NCBI GenBank assembly: GCA_000388065.2
Contig: KB932206.1
Source: Fonticula alba ATCC 38817
Taxonomy: Eukaryota > Protista > Nucleariida
Direction: 5' to 3' (one strand)
Length of the DNA stretch: 64,000 nt
Positions within the stretch are counted from its first letter, which is position 1. Every line of letters starts with the position of its first letter. Positions 13,265 to 26,123 of the stretch are shown here, piece after piece. The notes beneath the pieces were generated by a model. It saw only the letters and a list, made by a program, of their open reading frames with translations. It was not told the DNA's origin and searched no databases. Both the position numbers and the translations under genes were made by a program.

Positions 13265-14816
13265 GGCGATGGGATTCTGAGCAGCAATATGCAAGGAGGG
13301 AGAGGGGGAGTTAGGGATGGCAGAGGAAAGGGCATGGGTAAAGGCCGTCAGATGGGCGAGGCGAGAGGAGCCGGCACTGAGGGTGAGAGGGAGGGGGGCG
13401 AGTGGATGACGAGGAAGGATGCCCAACACCAAGCCAGGGGGCGCCGGGAGCATGCACACAGAGTGGCAGCCAAGCGGAAACACCACACGCCGGAGACAAC
13501 AGGTGCCTGGTAGAAGGGGAAAGAGGCAAAGAGCGGCAATGGCCTGGGAGGGGAGAGAGGGAGAGGGAAGCGGGGGGGGGGGAGGGGGGGGGAATGACGG
13601 CGGCGAGGCGGCGAGGCAGCGAGGCGGGAGATACCAATGAGGCGGAGGCGGAAGGGGGAAAAGGGATAGGAGGGATCGGACTCGGGGCATTGATTGGCCG
13701 TCGGGCTGGGCCACGGAGCAGGCACGATCGCCGCTTTCATAGCCCAAAATAACAACATTCATAATGCCATTACGCCGTTCCAAAAGACCAGACCGGGAGA
13801 TGTCCTGCCCACTGACCGGCGCCCCCGGGCGCGTCTTTTTCAAGAGCGCCGTCTCCCGGCGCTGGTGCGGAGGGGTCCTTTCCTCCTTGCCTTTGTCTGT
13901 GGTGTGACTGTTGCAGGGGGGGGGGGGGGACTGCGCGGTTCACGAGAGCTCCTCTCCGCGGCCACTTGTGACCCCCACCCCATCACCATCCCACGTTGGG
14001 CTTTCCCCCGGCTCTCAACCTGTCCCCGAGGACCAGCGTGCATATACACCGAGGCGCTGGGGTACGGTACGTGCGGGAGGCCTGTGCGCCGGGCCCCCCG
14101 CCCCGCCTCGGCCCATTCGGCCTGGTCGTTGGGTGTATCTGGCTGCCGCCTTCGGCCCCACCCTGACGGGCTGGGCCGCCTGACAGACACATGGTGTGGG
14201 GGCCCTTCGCCCCGGGGGACGGAGCAACCCCGAGAGAGAGAGAGAGAGAGACAGGGCGAGAGGGGGAGATGGGCGATGCAGGGAGACCTGTGCCTCGACG
14301 GTTCTTCCACCCTCGACCCCCCTTGCCCGACCCCAGGAGGAGGCAAGCATGCCGGCATGATGCCCTTTGCTCGGGCCCGACGAGAATGGTCCACGCTCCC
14401 CGGAGGAGGGGGGGGGGGGGCAGGGGAGCGGGAGGGGCTCTTTTTCACCGGCCCTCCTCGGTACCCCTCGCCGGCCGGCGGGCCCGCCAGATGATCCTCC
14501 TCCAGCTTCCTCCTTTTGCTGTCACGAAGTTCGCCTCCCTCTCGCCTCCTCCTCCCACACGCGCCCGGCCCCCTCTATTTGTTCCTCTTCTCCATCCCCC
14601 CTCCGCCTCTGCCCGCGCGTGGGGTCCTGCCTTGTGCAGGCCGCCTCTGCCCTGCCCGGGCTCCCCTTTCCCCGGGCCGCCGCCTCGTCCTTGGTCACCC
14701 CCCCCCCCCCCCCCGCATGTTGGCTTCGAGAAGTGCCTCCCCGCACCTTCCACTGACCCCCTCGCCCTCCCGTTCTCCTCGGCCTCCCCCCTCTTCCTCC
14801 CAGGGATTGACTCAAG

Positions 14817-16167
14817 ATGCTGTCCCGCTCAGGTTCGGCCCCCATCTCCATCCCTGCCGCGTGCTTGTGTCCCATTTCACGGGCAACATTCTGACTCTCT
14901 CTCTCTCTCTCTCCCTCGTGTGTTTCCCCTCCCTGCTGGCAGCTCTCGCTACCGCTCCCGCTCTCCGGGCTCTGCGCACCCCCGCCGTCTCGGCCCTGCC
15001 CCGCGCGCTCTACACCACCGAGCGCCCGGAGACTTGTGCCGCTGTCATCCATGGTGTTGAGATCGGTCCGTCACCGCCCTGCGGCTATCCCTCACCCTCA
15101 CTTCTCTCTCATCTCTCTCTCTCTCTCTCCCTTTGTCTCGCGCATGGCTCTCGTGGCTCACCTCCCTCTCCTCGCCCTTCCCCCCCCCCTCCCCTCCCCC
15201 CCCCCCATACACTCTCAGCCCCCCCCAAGGCCACCCTCACGGCCAAGCTCTACCGCGAGCAGACCGAGAAGCACCTGAAGGAGTTCGGCCAGTACCTGGT
15301 CGACACCATCCCCCGCTTCATTCAGGGCACCTACATGCACAACGGCCAGCTCACCATCCTGACCGCCCCCGAGAACATCACCAAGGTCTCCGAGTGCGTG
15401 CCAGCCCCTCTCTTTCCCCTCCTCCCTCCCCCTTGCCCGGGCTCTTCTGCTGATGTTGTCGGCCCTGGTTGGCAACTTGTCGCCCCGCCTCCACGCTCCC
15501 CCGCCCCTTCTCTGACCGTCTTCCTTGTCTCCCTCTTCTCCGTGGCCCCTTGTCTTGCGCAGGTTCCTCCGCGATCATACTCCTGCCCAGTACAAGCAGC
15601 TGGCTGATGTGACCGCCGTCGATTTCCCGATGCGCTCCAACCGCTTCGAGATCGTCTACAACTTCCTCTCCCACCGGTGCGTCTTCCCTCTCTCTCCCTC
15701 TCTCCCTCTCTCTCTCTCCCTCCCTCCCTTTATTCCACAGGGCCGCATGAGATACTCATACGTCGACGTGTGCCCTCTCCTTGCCCCTCCCCCCTCCCCC
15801 CCTCTCCCCCACCAGCTTCAACTCTCGCATCCGCGTCAAGACCTACGCCAGCGAGACCAGCACCGTTCCCTCCGTGACGCCGCTCTTCTTCGGCGCCAAC
15901 TGGCAGGAGCGCGAGGTTTGGGACCTGTTCGGTGTCTACTTCACCGACCACCCCGACCTGCGCCGCATCATGACCGACTACGGTTTCGAGGGCCACCCCC
16001 TGCGCAAGGACTTCCCCCTGTCCGGTTACTATGAGATCCGCTACGACGACGAGCAGAAGTGCATCGTCCAGGAGCCGGTTGAGCTGACCCAGGAGTACCG
16101 CAAGTTCGACTTCCACTCCCCGTGGGAGGCCCTCCAGGGCAGCCGCAAGACCCCGAACCAGAACTAA
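14817..16167 (+). CDS. NDUFS3: NADH:ubiquinone oxidoreductase 30-kDa subunit (Nad9/NuoC)
   Basis: Multi-exon. Presequence-like MLSRS|[14 protein letters not shown]; [29 protein letters not shown]; [48 protein letters not shown] at 16165-16167. Confidence 0.97.
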
Positions 16168-17433
16168 GGGTGCGCCACACTGTCATGCTGTCTCCCCCGC
16201 CCGCCCGCCCGCCCGCCCGCCCGCCTCCCCCCCCCCATACACAGGGACAAGGAGACGTGGCCCTCTTTTCTGCTCCGTCCCCCATTTTTGCGGTTCCCTT
16301 TTCAATGGCTCACACCGCTGTGCCCAACTTGGACACACACACACGCACATCTCCCCCTGCTGCCTCCCTCTCCGATACACCGGCCCGTGCTTTCCCCTCT
16401 TCTGCGGCACTGGAACTTGTCTCCGTTGACAGTTGGGCAGGCTTCCACATTCTCACACACACATACATACATATATAAAATATATATATGCACATTCATA
16501 CACACACACACGCACACGTGTACGCGGGCCCTCGCATCCGGCCATGCCTTGCTGGCTGGCGCTATGTTCTCGCGGCGTCCCCCCCCCCCCTCCCTTGCCC
16601 GTGCGTGGTTGCGCGCGCGTGCGCGCGCACACACACGCGTTCCCATGTCCCCGCCCTTCTCTCCTATACACAACAACCAAGCAAACACGCAATGGTCCAT
16701 GGCTTTCCCTCCCACACGCGCGTGCCTCGCGCTCTGCCCTTTCGGCGACTTGCATGGGGCTCGTTTGTTTTTGTTTGTTTGTTTTGCCAACAAGAGATCA
16801 GACACATCTTTCGTTCCCGTCGGGAACACCGCCACAGCGCTGCCTTTCCCAGGACAAAGGGGAGGTTCCGTTTGTTGTGCAGGGGAAAAAAGAGCCAGAA
16901 GGGGCCCCCCCCCTCCCCCCGGGCACACCCCGAGGACCGGACCCAGTGCAGCTGTACGATTGGATGCGCCTGTGGCATTGCTACCTCCCCTCTGGCGCCC
17001 AGGCAGCCATGTGTGTAGCAGCAGGATCATACTCCGCGTGCATGTGTGTATTCTTGGGGCAAGCCCCGGGAGCGTGCGCTTGGCATCCACAATCTTTGAC
17101 ATCTCCATGTGAGTGCGCTCTCAACTGTGAGGCGGCATCCACATACACACACACACACACACACACGCAGATACACGGGGGAGGGGAGAGGCCTTGGGCA
17201 TGTCGATCCAAGGGAGGAGGCGCGGTGTGGCTTGGCATCGCCCCTCTCCTGCCCTTGCACCCCCCCCCCGCTGCCCCTTCCTCTCGTCCTCGCCCCTGGC
17301 CGACGCTTGCGCACGAAGGCCGGCGTGTTTCCGTGGACTGGACATGGGATGCCAAGGATGGCGCGGGAGGGTGCCACACATGCGCACATGGGGAGGAGAA
17401 AGAGGAACACAGCGGGAGGAGCGGCATCCTTTC

Positions 17434-18588
17434 TCAGTTCTCCCGAGCATCGACCTCCTGGTCCTCGAGCAGGAGTTTCCGGGTCTCCTCATCGAGCTCC
17501 TCAATGGGGATGATCTCGACGTCCTCGTCGTCCTGGATGGCGCCGCTGTTGGCGGCGGCCTCCTCGGCCTCCTTCTGCTCGAGGGCCCGGAGCTCGGGGA
17601 CGCGCTCCAGCACGCGCAGGTAGTAGTCATCGACATGGCGCGCGGTTTCCCGGCGGACGGACTGGTCCTTGATCATCTTCTGAAGGTGCTGGAAGGCCAC
17701 ATTGACATTCAGCTCGTTGAGAGTCTGCAGCATGTTGGCGAAGGAGAGGGAGCGGCGAGCGCGAGTCTCCAGGGACTTGGCGGCCTTGACGCTGGCCTCC
17801 GGGTCGACGGTGTCCTCGCGCAGGGCGGCCGCGCGCTTCAGCGCATCCGACGCCACCAGCAGCGAGTACGTATGCATGCCCGGCGTCCGGAGGAGGGCCA
17901 GGTTTTCGGCAAACAGGTCGTGGTGCTTCTGCGCCGCGGAGGCCGACCGATCGGCCGAGGGCAGGGCCATGGCCGTGTGCAGGTAGAAGTGCTCCAGACG
18001 CTGGGCCTCCTCGCGGTCCATGCCCTCGAAGGAGATGGTGGCCATGCGCGAGAGGGGCTCGGCCGGGGTGGCCACCGGCGCGGTGGCCGCCTTCGGCGAG
18101 GGGTCGTGAATGAGCTCGGTCTTGGTGACGGTGGCCTTCTTGGCGGCCGGAGGGCCGGAGGCGGCGGTGCTGGCGGTGGTGGCAGCCGCGGTGGTGGCGG
18201 CCGCACTGGACCCGGTGTTGAGGATGGTCTTGCTGAACTTCTCCGTGCAGATGTTGGCGTCCGACCACTTGGGGTACTGCTTGTTCTTGGCCTCCTCTTC
18301 CCGGCGCTGGGCCTGGTGCTTGTCGCTTTCGGCGCGCAGCCGGTCCAGGGTGGCCTGCTGCTCGGCAGACAGATCACCGGCCGCGGCCTCGGCCTCGAGC
18401 TTGGCAATTTGCTCGACACGCTCGGCCTCCTGGGCGTCCTCGGCCGCGCGCCGAGCGGCCTCCTCGGCCTCCTTGCGCTCCTTCGAGGCCTTCTTCAGCC
18501 GGAGCCAGGTGCCGCGCTCGATGTTGGGGTGGCAGTCGGAGTCGTCATCGCTCAGCTCGATGGTGTTCCACTTGCTGTAATCGACCAT
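17434..18588 (-). CDS. CDC37: Hsp90 kinase co-chaperone Cdc37 (intronless, 384 aa)
   Basis: N-terminal signature MVDYSKWNTIELSDDDSDCHPNIE followed by coiled-coil and helical domains; GC3-biased codons. Confidence 0.88.
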   Translation of the reverse strand: MVDYSKWNTIELSDDDSDCHPNIERGTWLRLKKASKERKEAEEAARRAAEDAQEAERVEQIAKLEAEAAAGDLSAEQQATLDRLRAESDKHQAQRREEEAKNKQYPKWSDANICTEKFSKTILNTGSSAAATTAAATTASTAASGPPAAKKATVTKTELIHDPSPKAATAPVATPAEPLSRMATISFEGMDREEAQRLEHFYLHTAMALPSADRSASAAQKHHDLFAENLALLRTPGMHTYSLLVASDALKRAAALREDTVDPEASVKAAKSLETRARRSLSFANMLQTLNELNVNVAFQHLQKMIKDQSVRRETARHVDDYYLRVLERVPELRALEQKEAEEAAANSGAIQDDEDVEIIPIEELDEETRKLLLEDQEVDAREN

Positions 18589-21500
18589 GGTGTTGCTGGC
18601 GCGGTAGATGGAGGGCAGCAGGGGAAGGGGAAGGGGAAGGGGGGGCAGAGTGATGGGAGAGTGGGAGGCGAGAGGNNNNNNNNNNNNNNNNNNNNNNNNN
18701 NNNNNNNNNNNNNNNNNNNNNNNNNNNNNNNNNNNNNNNNNNNNNNNNNNNNNNNNNNNNNNNNNNNNNNNNNNNNNNNNNNNNNNNNNNNNNNNNNNNN
18801 NNNNNNNNNNNNNNNNNNNNNNNNNNNNNNNNNNNNNNNNNNNNNNNNNNNNNNNNNNNNNNNNNNNNNNNNNNNNNNNNNNNNNNNNNNNNNNNNNNNN
18901 NNNNNNNNNNNNNNNNGGGGGGGGGGAAGTAGTGGTAGGTATGTGGGTGGCTGCGGCAGGGATCTTGTCCCCGGCTGGGCGAACCTCTTCAATGTGCGGG
19001 TCCCGACGGGCGTTCAGGCGAGCCGAGGGAGCCGGTGCGGGGGCCGGGCACCCGGCCGGGGCAAGAGGCGTCCCTGCCCCGCCCTGCCCCTGGGCGCAGG
19101 AGCAAGCGCACGCGCCCGAAGGGGGAGTGTGGGGTGGCTAGGCGCCCCTTGGACCGGCGCCGCCCTCGGGTCTCATCGCGCTGCTGGGGGAGGGGGGGGG
19201 GGGGGCGCCGTCGTGGCTGCCAGTGTACCACGACCTCGACCCAGGAGACCTGGGCCGAGTGGGGCGGGGCGCCCGCGACCGCGAGACAACCCCGGACGCG
19301 CCTCCCTCCGTCGGGCCCCTCCTTCCCCCCCCCCCCCCCCCCCCATCTGGCGGCGTCCGGCCGTCCGGGTTTCTCTGCCCGCAGGGCGAGACACCGTTGG
19401 ACTTCGGCTAATGCTAGTGCCCGCCCGCCGGCGAGGTCCCGGCACGGCAGCCTGGATCTCTAGAGTAAAACTCAGGCCCACAAGCTGGAGATCGATGGGG
19501 CCGAGCAGGTGGGCAGGGCGAGGGAGGAAGGGGCGCCCGCTCACCAGCGGCAGACGCCCTGGGACCCGGCCGGGCCGCGCCCCCCCGCCCCCCCCCCCCC
19601 CCGCTTGGCATCGCAATCGTCCGTCCGCTCCCCGGGACCCGCCGCCGGGACAGCACCCGGAGGAAGGGGGGGATTGCTCGAATGTTCTGGTGTGCTGATG
19701 TGGTCGAGCACGTGAGAGGACTCACGCGACCACGAGGCCAGCCAAGCCCCGTCGGGCGAATTTCCCATGCCCTCGGGCCGCCGAGGGCCATATCTGATCT
19801 CACCATGGTAGCCGATCCAGCACCGGGGATCTGACGACCGGTTGTTTACCGGCGTGAAGCTCCCATTAGCTGGTAGTAATTTGGTGTCGCTGAGGGATTT
19901 CCGTTTTCTGCCCCGAGAGGGGGGGGGGGGGGAGAGAACATTCCCCGATCTACGGGTGTCCGCGTAGGCCTGCCGCTGAAGCGTGCGTCACGCGCGGGGC
20001 GGGGGCCGTCCCCGGGGGACAGGGACGGGTGCGGTAGAGGGGGGAGGGGGGGGGCGATATAGCCCTGTGAGAGGCCGGGCGACCCGTGGTGCGCAAGTCG
20101 AGTCCCGCGCTTCACGAGGAGGCCGGCCTGGTGTGCCGCTCACCCCCCCCCCCCCTCACGGCCCGACCACTGATGAGCACGGCGCACGGTGTCCCGTGCA
20201 ATGGGTCCTGGGCCAGCGGGTGGTCAAGCGGGTGGTGCTGGGCCGCCGGTGGGCGTGCGCTTGTGCCCTCGCGCGGCCCACGGGGAGGGATTACAAACAT
20301 TGCGGGCATTGCGCTGGAATCGCACCGGGGGGAGGATGGCGCGCGCTCGCCCGCACCCTGCGACAGCCCGCAGGGGTGGTGGCCGGGACCGGGTGGCCGG
20401 GGGCGAGGGCTGGGGGTGAGGGCGGGCNNNNNNNNNNNNNNNNNNNNNNNNNNNNNNNNNNNNNNNNNNNNNNNNNNNNNNNNNNNNNNNNNNNNNNNNN
20501 NNNNNNNNNNNNNNNNNNNNNNNNNNNNNNNNNNNNNNNNNNNNNNNNNNNNNNGGGCCGCGCCCAGGCTCAAGCGGATGTCCCCCCGCCGTCGCCGCCG
20601 CCGCCGCCGCCGCCGCCGCCACTAGGCGCATCATTGGCAAGGGGGCTGCCGGCGGCCTCAACCACTGCGCGGACACACCGGGGGCCCGTCTCGCTGGGCG
20701 CGATCCGGCGGCGCCCGTCCGGAGGGGGGAATGTTTGGCCGTGGGACGCGCGTCCTGCCAATCGAGGCGTTATTATTTTCCCCCGGCCCCTCCGCGCGTG
20801 ACTGACGCAAAGGAGGCGTGTGTGGCTCCGAGCGTGTGCGCGGGGGGGGGGGGGCACGGACATACAGCACGCCTGTCGCCCCCCCCCCCCCCCCGGGGGA
20901 GGCAGGGCGAACACGCCCGAGAGGCACACAAGTACAACCGCCTTGCCTATTGGGTTCCCCCTCCGCCCGGGAGCGCGCGGGCCCCGGGGCCGTGCGATGA
21001 CTCCGCCCCCCCCGTCGGCGGGGCGGCCGCCGGTCGCCGCCGGTACGGTAGCACCTGCCCGCGGACCCCGGCGCGACCCAAATACGCACCGTAATGGCCG
21101 AGGGAGGACACCCGCTCGCCCGTGCCGCAAACAGGCCTTCCTTGAGTGTCCCCGGTGTAACTGCCGGGGCGGGGGGGGGGGGGGGGCGTCCGCTGCCCCT
21201 GCTCCCGCCTCCTGGTGCCCCTGCCCTGGCTGCGTCGACGCTGCTCCCGGCCGAGGGGGGGGTGGCCCGGCCGATCGGGCGGGTCGCGAGGGTGTGGCTG
21301 CCTGGCGGATGGGTCTGCTTTTGGTGTTCGGCGGCCCCCGGCCCCTGGTGCTTCTGTCGGCCTGCTTGCCCGGCCCGGCGCGATGAGGCCGCCCCCGCCG
21401 GCACCTCATGCCCCTTCGCTCCCGCCCCCCGGGGAGGGGGGGGGGAAAGCGGGGGCCGAGCGCGAGGTCAGCTGCCTGCCCCTTTTCCTGGGCGGCCGGA

Positions 21501-22925
21501 GAAACAAATGGGAGGCTACGGCATGATGCGTCTACACATGGGACCGGGGCCGAAAGCCTTCCCCGCCCGGGACGCACGGCCAAACGTGCTGGCCAGGGGT
21601 TGTGCCCCCACTCCGGGGGGGGTAGCGTCGGCGCTTATGCTCCCCCGCCCCGCCCCGCCCCGCCCCGCCCCCCCCTCCAGCCCCGGCCCAGAAGGGCATG
21701 CTGGCGCCTCGGGGGCGTCCGCCCGCCTGGCCACCCCCATGGCGGGGGGACCTCCGAAGTGGGCGGAGGGAGGGGGGCGGGCCCGATCGGCCCCCTCCAC
21801 GGCTGACAGACTCCTCTCCCGCCGTTCCGCCGCCCCAGCCCCATGGCGGGGCCTTTTTTCGCGGACGCGCCGGCGGCGGCCCGCCTCGGCGCGGTGCCGA
21901 GCTCCATCGCTTGCGTCGGGCGCTCCCCCGGCCGGGGCGACGGTCTCCCCCACCCCCCGCTCCGCCCCGGCCGGGCCGGCGCCCGGTCCCCCGGCTGAGC
22001 GGGGAGGCCCGGGGTTAATATGACACCCTTATCTTTCCCTCATTCCGGTCCTCACGCCGGGCGAGATTGGCACAGGGTGCAGGCAGGGCGCCCCCTCGCT
22101 CGCTCTCTTGCTTCTCTGTGTCTCTCTCTTTCTGCCGCGCGCGCGCACTTCTTCCTCTGGCCAGGGGGCCGCCTGCCCGCTTGCGTTGGTGTGCTGGAAA
22201 AATTAGCAGTGCCCGTTGGGCCCGCGCGCGAAATTCGAGATTCTCCGAGCATGACCTTTCCTTTGTCGTCGGCCCCGGCCCTCCCCGCGGGCCGGCCGCG
22301 CGGGGCTGGACACCAATCCACCCGCCCCCGACCCCCAATCCCGCGTGCGGGGCTTGTGTTCCTGCTGGTTCCTGCCGGTTCGTGCTGCCTCGCAGCCGGC
22401 TCGGCCCGCGGCGGGCCAGACAGGGGACCGGGCCCGAGGGGGCCTATCGCCCTCCCGGCCGTGTGCCCCTGCCAAGACGGGACTCTCTCTCTCTTTCTTT
22501 CTCTCTGCCTCTCCCTCTCTCTTCTTCAAGCCCCCCCCCCCCCCCGATCGCGCCAACATAAAGCGCCTTTCGGGTTCTTGGGAACAGTCAACTTGCGCAA
22601 TGGTCTGCGGCCCCAGCGGCGCGCGGGACCTCGCAAGCATGTTGTCTGTGTCGCATAGTTGCGCGGGTTCATGTGCGTATGGATGCTTATGGATGTGCCT
22701 GTGTGTGTGTGTCCGTGTGTATCTCCATACCCGCACCCAGATCTCTGCCTCATAAACAGCCCCAGCTGGCAGTCCGCGCCCCCCAACGCCCGGGGCCCCC
22801 TGGCGCCCGCTCGCCCGCCCAGGTACGGATCTCGGTCAGGGCTCGGCCGCCGCCGCCGCCGCCGCCGGCACCGCCGCCGCCGACGGAAAGTGGGCATCTT
22901 ACAGGGCCCTGGCTGTTCAGCCGGG

Positions 22926-22962
<37 letters not shown>

Positions 22963-23471
22963 AGCCCCGAGAGTATACCCCAGCCAAGTGGGGCAGGCCG
23001 GGGACCTTGTCCGGGAGAAAGGGCCTGCTCTGGGATCGCCAGATCCCCCCTCCCCCAACCACCTTGAAAGGATCGATCCCGATCCCCGGGCCCTGGTTGG
23101 CCCTTTGCCACCCCTTTCCACTCTCTTCCCCCCCCCCNNNNNNNNNNNNNNNNNNNNNNNNNNNNNNNNNNNNNNNNNNNNNNNNNNNNNNNNNNNNNNN
23201 NNNNNNNNNNNNNNNNNNNNNNNNNNNNNNNNNNNNNNNNNNNNNNNNNNNNNNNNNNNNNNNNNNNNNNNNNNNNNNNNNNCCCGTCCGCCGCCTCCCG
23301 CACTGCGGCCCATCCTTTCCTGGAACCGCCCCCCCTCCCTCCATTCCTACTCCGCCTCTCTCTTCCTTCCGCCGCTCCTGGCCAGCCGTCCCCGGGCTGG
23401 CCCCGCCCCTTCACCCGCCGCGCTCTCTCCCTCTCTCTCTCTCTCTCTCTCTTTCTCTCCAGCCCCTGCAT

Positions 23472-26086
23472 ATGTTCTCCGGACACGCCCCTCAGGCCAG
23501 CCCGGCCGGGACCCTCCCCCCCGGAGGGGCCGGCCTGCGCTCGGTTGGCCAGCTGGACCCCTCGCTGCAGAACCTCGGCGCCTCGGCCCAGGCCACCTTT
23601 GATGGCCAGACATCCAGCCAGACCCCCCCATCCTCCGCACCCAACCCGGCTGTCACCCAGGTGTATGATACCATCTGGCGGTACACCGAGCTGCTCATCC
23701 ACCGAATGTGCCTGTCATTGATTTCCTGCCATGTCCCAGGCTGGCCATCGAGCACCATGGGCGAGGCCTCCGGCAAGGATCCCTGGGTGCGTGCCTCCGA
23801 ACATGCCTCGCCCCCGGTGGCCCAGGCCCCCCATCCCTGTGTTGCATGCGTGTGCCCCCCCCCCCCCCCCCCCCCCCCCGCTGACCGTCTTTATTCCTCT
23901 CCTGCCTCTTCGTCTCCGGGTTTTAGTTCGCCCTCGAGTTGCCGGACACGCTGCCCGAGCTGCGCACCGCCCTCCGCGTGACCGGCATCCGGGCCTCAAC
24001 CACTTCTGGGCGCTCCCATCGGTGTGTCGCCTGCCGGCCAGCCCTCCGGGCCTCGGGAGCCGAGCTTCCCCCCCCCCCCCCCGTTTTCCCCGCCTGCTCT
24101 CTCTCTCTGTCTCTCCACCTCTCCCTCCCTCCCTCATGTGCTGATATCATCCCACCGCCCTCCCCCCTCCCTCCCCCCCCCCCTCTCCCGCGCGCCCAGG
24201 AATCCCTTTTATTGCAACTTCGAGCTGCTGGCCCTGCTCCCGCTGAACTCGGCCGATCCGCACGACTGCTGCCCGGCACAATTCATCCCGGGCTTCAGCG
24301 TGCAGCAATATCGCGGCGGCCCGTCGTTGGACATCCTGTTCCAGACCGAGGGCACCGAGGCCCATCCAAGCTCGAGTGGGACCTCCCCGGGGGATTCCCG
24401 CGCTGCCAATCCCACCGGGGCCTCCTGGGTCCCCTCGAGCATGCGAGCCATCTCCCTGGAAAGCTGGTCCTTCTCGCTGGCCGCCTCCTCGAAGGAGCCC
24501 TCGGCCAGCCGGATCATGGAGGACTTCCCGGCCGGGGCCCAGGCCTCAGAGCATCCGGAAGTCCGCCGTGTCTACCGCATGTATCGGTCCTGGCTGCGCG
24601 GGCTGCATGTGCTGGCCCGCGCCCAGCCAAGTGGCCGCCTGGCCCGTGGGTGTCCCGGGGCTGGGGTCTGTCAAGAGGTGTGGTCATCCGAAGGCCTGCA
24701 CGACCCCCTGTGCAGGCCGACGCCTGGCTCGAGTGCCGAGCCGCGGCCCCGGTCGGCCAGCACCGGCACCGGGGCTCGGGCAGCCCCCGCCGGGATGGCT
24801 GCCTGCTCCGGTGCCTGCCGGCTCCTGCTGAGGGTCATCGGCCCGCAGGGGTCTCACGTGCTGTCGCTGGACCCGCGCTCGCGTTTCACCTCGGACCAGC
24901 TGCAATCGCTGGTCAGCCAACGGCACATCATCGGTCTGGGTACGTCACGGCAGCAGCGGCACCGGCGGCCGGCCGGCAGCACCAGAAACGACAACGCCCT
25001 CCCTCTCCGCCTTCTCTTACCTTCCCCCCCCCCCTCCCCCCATCTCATGTCATTTGCCGCCGGGCACGCCGCATCTGGCTGCTCTGCTCGGCCGAATGTG
25101 CACCACTGTGCGCGTGTAGACTCTTCGGCTCCATTGAACCCGAAGTTGTCCAAGAAGATGGCCGCCCACCTGCAGGTGGACTCTGGGTTCAAGTGCGTGC
25201 CCCTCCTCTCTCCTTGTGGTTTGTCTGCTTGAACTCCCCGAGGCGCCCCCCGCCCTCATCCCCTCCCCACTTACACGATATCCCTTTCTCTCTCTCTCTC
25301 TCTCTCTCTCCCTCTCTATGCGTGTGTCTCCTCCCGATGCGCCCCTTTCCCCGGCGCAGCCTCCTCTCATTGAGCGTCTTCCACCGGCCGATTGCCGGCA
25401 TCACGCCACATATGGCGGTTGAGCGGCCGACCACTTCACTGCGACCGGCGTCCCGTGCCCTGCCCATCGGGCCCGGGCGCCGGAACGGCTGTCCCGGCTG
25501 CTCGGCTGCTGGCGATGGCTCACTTGGCGGGCCGGCCGGTCTCGAAGGCCACCCTGGCAATGGCATGTCCGGCGTGTCGCCTGGCTGTGCGATGTGCGTG
25601 GCGCTTCCCCGCACCCCCCAGCAGCACCAGCAGCAACAACAACAGCAACAGCACTACTGCAATGGCCCACAATATGGCACCCCGGGCAGCTCCTACGGCG
25701 GGGGGTCTTCCAGTGGCAACCTGCGTGCACCCTCCTCACGGCCGGGCTCCTTCGCGACATCGGCTCCCACGTCGGCCGCCGGTCCGCTTTCCCTTCACCA
25801 GCTGGGCTCTGTCGGTGGCCCGGGCGGAGTCATTGGCGCCTTCTCCTCGCAGTCTGGCTTCGGGACTCACTCGACGCGCATCAGCTCCATCGGCACTGGT
25901 AGCATTCGCCTGTCGCCCAGCTCACCGCTGCCCCCGCCGCCGGGCGCCGGAGTCGGGCTGGATCCATCCTTCCGGGATCTCTTTGCCGAGCCGCTGCAGC
26001 CCATCATCCCACGCGGGGGCGCTGGCGGCGGGTCGCCCATGCGCGTGCCAGCATCAAATGCCCACAGCCAGCCACACCACCACCAT

Positions 26087-26123
<37 letters not shown>

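Noticed and set aside
19750-19835. RNase MRP-like P4 pairing (ATCCCCG / CGGGGCTT on the minus strand)
   Set aside because: Spacing is too short and the CR-I/CR-V consensus is not met.
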